A stretch of DNA of 64,000 bases from Octopus vulgaris. Its lineage: Eukaryota. The notes under the pieces are model-generated. The model ran no database searches. It was not told the origin of the DNA and was given only the letters and a program-made list of their open reading frames with translations. Of the stretch, positions 54,284-64,000 are shown in pieces. The DNA lies in NCBI GenBank assembly GCA_951406725.2, contig OX597822.1, positions 8,432,001-8,496,000 of the forward strand, in the 5' to 3' direction. The position numbers and the translations under genes are program-made. The stretch's first letter is position 1. The number at the start of each line of letters is the position of its first letter.

Positions 54284-54336
<53 letters not shown>

Positions 54337-55286
54337 GGTGAATGAATTATCCTAGTATGGATAAATTCGGTTAACCGATACCCGGGTAGCAAATTCACTT
54401 CATAAAACACGCTTGAAGCCACATGCCAAGGGCAGAAATCAAGTGTTCCCGTGTGGAAATTTGTGTATCTTTTTTAACTATAAGTAAATGAGAGAATGGA
54501 GTCGAAGGACAGCAATATAACTTTCAAGCTGGATTGGTCCATATTGTCTGTATCCTTTCCTTTTGATAAGGGCAGGAAATATTGTGGCGTCTGTAATTCC
54601 GATCTCTTCTATGTCCTTTTCGCCAAGGTCCCCTTGGTAAACACAATAATAGAAAAATCTTATAAGTGCATGCATTGACAGGAGCACACTTTCCACTCAT
54701 ATGAATGATGATTATTATAGATAACCTCTTTGATTTTAATAATTTAGTTCCACTTCTACAACACCACCATAGACAAATATTTTTTTACACTCCGTTACAT
54801 GAAGAGTTACTACTAAATTTCGTTGGGTTTTGCTTTACCTCTTTCTCTCTACCTCTAACCACCCCTCTCTCTCTCTCTCTATCATACGCACAATCAAACA
54901 CACAGACACAAATTTGTCACCTCACCACTAAATGTATTTGGCATTTGTCCCCACACACACACAATCACGCACACACACACACACACAAACACAAATGCAC
55001 TTATATACATACACACACATAGACACTCAAACTCATTACCAAAAGCAAACAACCACGCATCCCCATACATACAGCTTGCACTCTGTCCGCTTCCTATTTT
55101 TAGAACTTCCTCCTTCCAGCTATTTTTGAACTCTTGAACTTTTTAGAACCTTCTCCATCCAACTAATTTTGACGTCATTGCTTATAACGGTATATTTTAA
55201 AGAAACACTCATTATCACTGTGGACTCCATGTGGGCAGTCACCTAAAAGTTTTTGTTCGTCATGATGCTGACATAAGTTCCTTGTC

Positions 55287-55367
55287 TTTCCTGATGAGAA
55301 GGCGGCACAATGCACCCTTTATTCCTTCGGAATTAAGAATATGCAGTCTTCGAAACATATGTCGAGA
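55287..55367 (+). ncRNA. Minimal type I hammerhead ribozyme (Penelope pLTR type)
   Basis: Stem I TTTC/GAGA; CTGATGA 55291-55297; stem II GAAGGCGGCA/TGCAGTCTTC; GAAA 55352-55355; palindromic stem III CATATG; GTC cleavage triplet ending at 55363. Confidence 0.8.
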
Positions 55368-55415
55368 ATAAAGGAATTTTGCTAAAATCGTCGTTCGACT
55401 CCATTCTCTCATTTA

Positions 55416-55484
<69 letters not shown>

Positions 55485-55996
55485 TGTGTATTTCAAATAA
55501 TATTTATCTTTCGCCAGAGAAATAAATACGTGTGTACATACAACATGTAGATATATAAAAACAAATGTGAATAATAATAGATAGTTAGATAGATTATATA
55601 TGTGTGTGTATATATGTATATATACATTTACATACATTATATATATATATACATATATATATACTTTTGTCATTTGTGTGTGTATATATACATATGTATA
55701 TGTATGTATCTATATATGTATGTATGCACGTCTGTATGTGTGTGTGTGTTTTATGTATGTTTAGAATTACTGCCAAGTTTCGTTTTTACTATATTATATC
55801 TTCTATAATTGTTTAATTTGTTCTCCCAGTTGCGACCAAATTATGTTACATCACTCCAATAACCCTTCAGTAATCAGAGACATTTGTGACATTTGGTCAT
55901 CCTCGAAGTTTTATGTAATAGCTCACGAAACTCACGGCTGATTGACTTCTCATATTTGGCCAACTGCAGAAATCGGTTTCTGTATGATAGAGCAAA

Positions 55997-56918
55997 CACG
56001 AGTATCGACGGAATACTTCATAGGCTGATAAATATACTCTCATGAATTGTGACAAAATGAGGCTTATAAATGAGGTTTCCTTTTCAACATCGTCCACCAT
56101 GTGGTGCACATACTTTTTCCATTGGTGTTGCAGTGCTTATATCTCATTGGTAAAGAGACTGTCAATCAAAAAGTCATCAAAAGCAGATATGACGTCATCA
56201 TTACTGTGATGTCGTTTCCCAGTCAAGTGTTTTTGTCATGTTGGGAAACAGATGATAGTAAGTTGGAGCTAAATCTGGAGAATAGGGAGAGCGATCAACC
56301 AGTTGAAAGCCACAGTCACACACATTTGAAACCAAGTATGAATGTGGTGGAGCGTCGTCCTAATGAAAAAAACCCGTTTCCTCAGTTTTCTTCACCGTTC
56401 GGTCTTGACAGCCTTTCGAATCAGTTATCTGGAGTTGGCAAATTATTCACTACTCATTACGTGACCCTTTTGCACATAATCAATAAATAATCAGCCCAAA
56501 CGACTGAGGTCATCACTTACCTTGCGGATGAAATGACCTTGGCCTTCTTTGCAGCAAGTAAGGAGAGTTGTTTCCACATCTCATCCTGGGTTAGGTATTG
56601 TTCAAGGAAACAGGTTGGATCATCTTGAAACAATGTCAGATGTTCTCCCTGGTGTAATCAGCTTCTTACTCTTCTCATCAGATAACGTACATATACATCT
56701 TTAATTTGATATTATTCTACAAATTACTTTTGTCTATAAAATAGTATCAAATTAAACATAAGTGGCTGTATGGTAAGTAGCTTGTTTGTCAATCACATGG
56801 TTCCGGGTTCAGTCCCACTGCGTGGCACCTTGGGCAAGTGTCTTCTACTATGGCCTCGGGCCGACCAAAGCCTTGTGAGTGGATTTGGTAGACGGAAACT
56901 GAAAAGAAGCCCGTCGTA

Positions 56919-56958
<40 letters not shown>

Positions 56959-57741
56959 TATATATATGTGCGTGTATGTGTTTGTGTGTCTGTGTTTGTC
57001 CCCCTAGCATTGCTTGACAACCGATGCTGGTGTGTTAATGTCCCCGTTACTTAGCGGTTCGGCAAAAGAGAGCGATAGCATAAGTACTGGGCTTACAAAA
57101 GAGTAAGTCCCGAGGTCGAGTTGCTCGATTAAAGGCGGTGCTCCAGCATGGCCGCAGTCAAATGACTGAAACAAGTAAAAGAGTAAAAGAGTACGCTATA
57201 AGAACCGACGCCTCTCATCAGCTATCAGAAGACGCGTAACGCACCGAGAGTAAGCTTTCCTTGGTATCAGGATCATTTTCTAGTCTCTCGTGATATACAC
57301 TAATAGCATAGTCTATTCGATTTATAGTCAATTGCTTGTCATTCATCAACATGTGGTGAACGCGATCAGTGTTTCCTCGGCGTTGCAACTGAATAAGTTC
57401 AGACCTTGTGTCATCATCCGTTCTTCTTCTAAATTCAGCTGCCCGCTTTTGCATTGTCGATAACGGTGGAACGCCATCACCTAATGTAGCAACCATGTCA
57501 GCATGACAGTCTTTGGGATATAAACCATTTCCCAGCAGATACGATGCCAATTTCTGTCCATTTTCAAGGCCAATCATTACTAGTTACATTTGTAGTCTTC
57601 TTTGAATAGTTAGATGTCATTTAATCTCAAAACAAACAATGCAATTACTGATCAAGAGATTTGAGCTTAATGCATGCAAGATTTTCTAGTTTGCATCATT
57701 CCTTCATAGTCAGCCTATTAACTTTTCATATCACCCTCGTA
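55997..57741 (-). mobile_element. Decayed full-length mariner transposon (~1.3 kb without the SINE insertion) with degenerate TIRs
   Basis: ORF 57218-57577 (PKDCHADMVATLGDGVPPLSTMQKRAAEFRR..RVHHMLMNDKQLTI) is the mariner HTH region. Downstream fragments read LTQDE.W, KAKVISS..VM.SV.W and ALQHQWKKYV. TIR-like ends share CGAG..GAA.A.TT.ATAGGCTGA. Confidence 0.85.
56761..57193 (+). mobile_element. SINE family A nested in the mariner element
   Basis: Colinear with the other family A copies; splits the transposase remnant. Confidence 0.92.
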
Positions 57742-58611
57742 GTATGTAAACAATTATTACCTGTGAAAATTAATAAGCCAAAGCTCTGAATTATGTGCAC
57801 GTTAAAAACAGAGTGGAAAATCATTCTGATCTGTAGCCACAAATTATTTTGTTATATCCCTGGCATTCCATATTTTTGTGCAAGAACTTTCGAGAAACTT
57901 CCACGTTTATATGATACGATATCAGTTCTGGGGACTATTCCAAACTTGGTGATATCCTTAATCATTCAATACAACCATATCTTCGAGGCTTCTTTTATAA
58001 GATATTTTCCCGATCTCTCCATAGTTCGTTGTAAAACCATAAATTTGAGCGGTATGCAAACTTGCAGTTAACAAAGGATTTTAGGTTCCAGTAACGCACC
58101 CGGTTCTCTTAAAACTATTATCTCAAAATCTATATGGTAAAAGAAAAATCCAATAGTCTTCACATACCTATATCTACGGTTTCTAAGATGTTTGAATATA
58201 CATTTTTGGATTCTGTACCTTCTTGAGATAGTAAATCTCTCATCTACATTAAAATGTGGGCTAATTCGATCACTCTATTTCTTTCTTTAACATTTTATGA
58301 TGCTCAGTATAATGTCTCGTTTGTGCAAAATATATCATTTGGAGTAGGGTGCATATGGTCTTCTTTTAATTAAAGTTTCAATCGAACTTCGAGTATCAGA
58401 GAATCATTTATTCGTCATTTTCAATGGAAGACGCAATACAGGTGTAATCCCTTTCCTTGAACTTGCCTCCTACTATTCTACTGTACTGTTTATAATCAAC
58501 CATTCGCTGTGATTTTGTAGACGTCCGCCAGAACGTATGTATGCTTGCATGTAAATATATGTGTGCGCACATGTGTGTGTTTGGGTATGATTATATGTGT
58601 TCACATACACG

Positions 58612-58644
<33 letters not shown>

Positions 58645-58697
58645 CAGAAATACTAAATTTCTAAATCTCTCATAGAGATATGTACGGTGGTGGGGCG

Positions 58698-58907
58698 ATA
58701 GAATGGTTGTATACTGTCAATCTAACGTGAACGTGACAGTAGGGAGGCACACCACCGCTGTTTAGCCCTAGGAAGCATCGACGCCCCCTGATGGCTTTAA
58801 TGTGTCAAAGCCATCAGGAGGCGTCGATGCTTCCTCGGGCTAAACAGCGGTGGTGTAACCCCCTACTGTCACGTTCACGTTAGATTGACAGTATACAACC
58901 ATTCTAT
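58698..58907. repeat. Foldback palindrome / MITE-like element, 101-bp arms, 8-nt loop
   Basis: Arms 58698-58798 and 58807-58907 are reverse complements with about 5 mismatches; loop AATGTGTC; TA at both ends. Confidence 0.92.
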
Positions 58908-59694
58908 ATATATAAATATATATATATATAAATATATATATATATAGCTGTGAGCATGTGTGTATAGAATGTGCGAGCGTGGGCACGCATGCATATAAGC
59001 TTATGTATACCATATCCGAATCTGAAGCTGTATGGCAAATAACTAGCCTTTCCAATCACAATCTTACGAGTTCTGTTCCACTCTCATTACCTTATACAAC
59101 TGCCTTTAACTAGGGCCCACGAGCCAATCATTGTCGCGTGAGTCAACTTACTAGAGGGGAATTGAATGGAAATGTGCGCGCGCGCGTGTGAACGTGTCTT
59201 TGTATGTGTCTATGCGTAAGTGCGTCTCTAAACGTTTGTTAGTGTTTGTAAATTTTCCGAATGAGGTATCACGGACTAAGATACTACCAAGCATCATACA
59301 GTTTTTACTTATTGTTCCCCAATGCTCCAACTTATAAAAATTGCTGTACAAAAGCAACGAATGTGTTATGGTAAATTAATTGTGTATGAATCGTCATCCA
59401 TATCCTTATTTTTACTCTCCGTTATGAAAATTACTTAATTGAATCTATAAAACAGATTACATTATCTCAGTGAACGTTTAGTTTACAAGGGATAATGATT
59501 TCTTTCACTGTTATTTACCTGAAATTTAATCAAATTAATGTCAAATGAGAAATGAATTTTGACTTTTCTCAAAGTATAATCTCATGTTTTATTTGTTTAT
59601 AAAATCTCGTCTTGTAACTATCTATGTTCAACTAATAAACTTTGAATGTTTGGCGATAATGCATTCACATGAAACATTTGCGGGTGTTTAATTA

Positions 59695-59695
59695 A

Positions 59696-59778
<83 letters not shown>

Positions 59779-60272
59779 TAATAATAATAATAATAATGAA
59801 ATTACTGTATACAGTGCTCAGGTGCACCACAACTTGTCAGAAAGTGCGCGTATAAAGTATATTCAGTAATGTTCAAATATCTGGAAAGTGAACAGTGTAT
59901 GAGTCAGATAAATGATTGCGTGTGTATGGAGTGGAGAAAATCAGGTGTAGTGTTGGCGGGTCTCAGGAAGCATGGAAGTTTTGAAGGATGCAGTGCTCCG
60001 ACAACTATCAAGTGATGCCGGCAGTTTGTTCCATGCTTCAGCAACTCTCAGCGTGAAAAAAATGTTTCCTGAAGTCATGGGAGCTGTGCTGTTTTCTGAC
60101 TTTGTAAACATTTCCACGGGTGTTGGTGTTAGATGGGTGGAGTTTGAAAAGGTGCTCAGAGTTGTTGTTTGTAAGATGGTTAATAACTTTATGGGTGTCT
60201 GCCAAGTCAGCTGCCAGACGTCGGAGTTTCAATGTGTCCATGCCCAAGGAAGTAAGGCGTTCAGAATATGGC
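59695..60272 (-). mobile_element. 5'-truncated CR1-like LINE 3' end with an (ATT)n tail
   Basis: ORF 60038-60247 (LGMDTLKLRRLAADL..HKVI..TRG..YKVRKQ..RKHFF) is a CR1 C-terminal motif, directly followed by a 3' UTR and the TAA tract at 59695-59797. Confidence 0.85.
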
Positions 60273-61228
60273 AGAATTAATGAACGAAACTCTATATTGT
60301 CGGTCGGCGTTCGAGAAGTAGAGATAAAGTCACCTCACGCATGCTACTGTTTAAACACTGGAAAAGCACATTAGATATATAAAGCAAGGTATCCAAAGCC
60401 TTAAATGTGATCTAAAATTGAGTCTTTCATCATTAATTCTTTCGACAATTATAAAATGATATTACCACATATAACTACACTTTCAGATAAGTTATTGTTC
60501 ATCTTATCATTGTTTTAAATAAATCAAATTATATAAAAATCTGGGTATATTAACATGGTTAATTTTGCCTTTTTTTTTCATTGTTATTTATTGAGGATTT
60601 TGTTCACAATTCTTCTTCATTAAACATATCAGTTTTGCTGACTTCCCATTATTATAAACTATTTTATACACATGATCGATTATATTTAGAATTTCCAAAC
60701 ACGATTACTAAGACTAGAACACATAAAACGAATAATATGAAGCATAGTATTTTGTTTTACGCGTAAGACTATTGTCCATAAAAAATTGTTATCTATATTT
60801 AGCATCGATTGATAATATGGTTACCAGTATCATAGTAACCAAATCAATTTTAAGGAGATCAAATATTTGTTTGATTTATCTTAAAATACATCTATCATAA
60901 ATACTACGGACACAAATACTACTGAAGTATTTTATCAGTTGAACTAAGCACGTAAATTTAATAAAATTTTAACACATTTACTAAGTAGGTCTCACCCACA
61001 GTTTATAAAATCTTTTTCAGCAAGTTCTAATCGAAAATATTGACATGTTCTTATATTTAGGATAAATACTAAAGCATGAATAGTCTGGAATACATTAGTA
61101 ACGGCATGATTTGTTTTACTTCTCCCCTCGAGACTAAAGCAAATTTAGTTTTGGAATATGTATATCATCGTAAGAGTAATTTGTACTCATCTTTTAGAGT
61201 ATCATTGGCCAGACATTTGAAAATATAA

Positions 61229-61263
<35 letters not shown>

Positions 61264-62205
61264 CCGATCCATGCAGTGCTTCTCAATTGTCCTATATACA
61301 TAAGGTGAATACTGTTTAGCACTAATTCCAACGAATCCCTCTTTTTGTATTAGAGAGTTGAAGATAGAGATGCAGGAAATTAATATCCAATGAATCCGCT
61401 GTACAACACAGTTACGTATTGATTAATATCTGGGGATCTTATGAGTTTACCAAATCTTTTAATCTACAAAAGTGTATTCTTTGTAGCCATAGATTAGTAT
61501 TTAATAAATGTAGTGAAATACCATTGAGTATTATTGCTAAAATTGTGTGCTAGTCTTCCGCTCAGTAGATTCGCTGATATCACCTTATGCATTTTGAAAA
61601 TATCCTCCAATGTCTATGCCACAGACATTAAAATGTGTTTAATATTTAATTCTATCCTCATAAAAACTGAATATATTTTTTAGTATTAATACAACTGGGT
61701 TAATCAAACATAATTATTTATCCTCGAAGTAAATGTTTTGCCTGAGGCTCGTCATATACGTATGCTGCAGCATATTTTAGATTCGTATACAAACGTAGAA
61801 CGCATACAATGTGTTAGACGTATATTTGATAGAGAACATACTTCCAACGAGGTATAGCATACGCACCAATATAAGTAATTAGGTGTCTGATTTATAACTG
61901 TTTCTCATCATCCTCGGGCTACAAAAATAACTGAAGAAACTCTGAAATAGTATATAACATAAATTTACAAAAGACGTCCTACATTTGTGAAATTCCGATT
62001 GTAAGCATGCTTATGAATGTAGAGTAAGAATACAAGCTTGATATAGTATTTATTAAGAAGTTGAGATAAGGACATTTTTTTTTTCAATCAGTCAATTCTA
62101 GAATTAATGTAGATGTAAATGTAGCACCATATAATCTATTTAAAATATTGTTGCTATATTCCTTGATACTGAGGTATGTACAAGTCTGCGACTTTGTTTA
62201 TGATA

Positions 62206-62760
<555 letters not shown>

Positions 62761-63257
62761 TATATATGCGTGTGTATGCGTGTGCGTGTACATGTATACA
62801 TAGGCTTACATATGTACACACTGTGTCCGTGCACACATACTGACACTCTGACTCACACATATATACACTCAGGCACATACATATACATAGAAATATGCGC
62901 TATATACATGCAACACAGACATATATATACATAAACACACACACATATATATATATATATACATACATACGTATATACATACATACATGTTGAAAATGAA
63001 ATAGCGAAAACGACTCAACTTCTTTCCCGAAGTATACAACTCGCAGATGCCTTATATATCTCAATCGATACGTTGCACGCAGAATATGCGAATAACTAAG
63101 TCAGTAGAACAGGAATATCTTTACAAACTCATGAAGCTAACAGAAATAAACTTACACGAAAGTACACATAGACACAGGAATACGTACTTAAATGTGTCTG
63201 TGTATATATGTATGTTTGTCTAACTATTTACTTGTATGTCTATCTACCCACATACAT

Positions 63258-63309
<52 letters not shown>

Positions 63310-63356
63310 GTTGATATATATATATATATATGTGTGTTTGTGTATGTATATATATG

Positions 63357-63396
<40 letters not shown>

Positions 63397-64000
63397 TTCA
63401 AGTGATGCGTTTCCAGCCACTCACATCTTTCTTTTTAAAATATGTATATATCAGACAAGCCTTTTAATGTTCAAAGTAAGGTTTTTCTAGTATTCAGATG
63501 TGTAAGTTAGAAATGTTCTTAAATATTATTTCCATTAGCAAATGTACATCGCATTACATTTTCCGATCGGATAGCTTTTTACACAGTTTTAGATGATAGA
63601 AGAAGCCTGATTTTGGAAGAGGTATGTATATTATTGACGTATTTAACCAGAGGACATGCTAAAGCAAGAGTAAAATATATATATGCTACTTATGTGCAAG
63701 CAATTTCTAACTTACTCATATGAATGAACTTCATTCGATGTTTATAGCCTATCCAATCGATACTGCAAATATTCAAAAGTGCTGCTGTAAAATTCCTTCA
63801 GATATCTCCAAAGGCTTCAATATTAATCTACTTTCCATTTGCATGGTTAAACATACCGGAAAGTTTTGTTAAAATTCTAGCGAGTATGTTTTGCAACGAG
63901 ACTTGGCAATATGTATTTCACATGGAGCGCTCATTAAAAAGAAATGTACAATTTGTAATTTTATAGATACCAACATTTTGATATCTGAAAGCTTACAAAT

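Larger units (their letters stand above)
53430..54284. mobile_element. Penelope-like inverted-pLTR insertion: 362/361-bp inverted arms with a 132-bp spacer
   Basis: Arms 53430-53791 and 53924-54284 are reverse complements; the only differences I saw are in one A/T run. Each arm carries a hammerhead motif near its outer end. Confidence 0.8.

Overview
AT-rich, microsatellite-dense eukaryotic DNA. The repeat landscape looks like an octopod cephalopod (Octopus-like) intron or intergenic region; this is recognition of the SINE/LINE families, not a database result. No intact host protein-coding gene is visible, and nearly all supplied ORFs are translations of microsatellites or transposon debris. 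The window holds four tRNA-derived SINE families (labelled A-D here; about 15 copies), a decayed near-full-length R4/Dong-type LINE, 3' fragments of CR1-like and L1/Tx1-like LINEs, Penelope-like remnants, and mariner, Tc1, hAT and Helitron relics. The most interesting signals are: (i) several minimal type I hammerhead ribozymes of the Penelope type, two lying in the arms of a near-perfect 362-bp inverted repeat (53430-54284); (ii) two SINE-LINE shared-tail pairs, one with a covarying 3' hairpin; (iii) two ~210-bp foldback palindromes that appear related to each other, plus a palindrome centred on a (TA)n tract; (iv) a perfectly identical 70-bp copy of a decayed GIY-YIG segment about 1.8 kb from its source.
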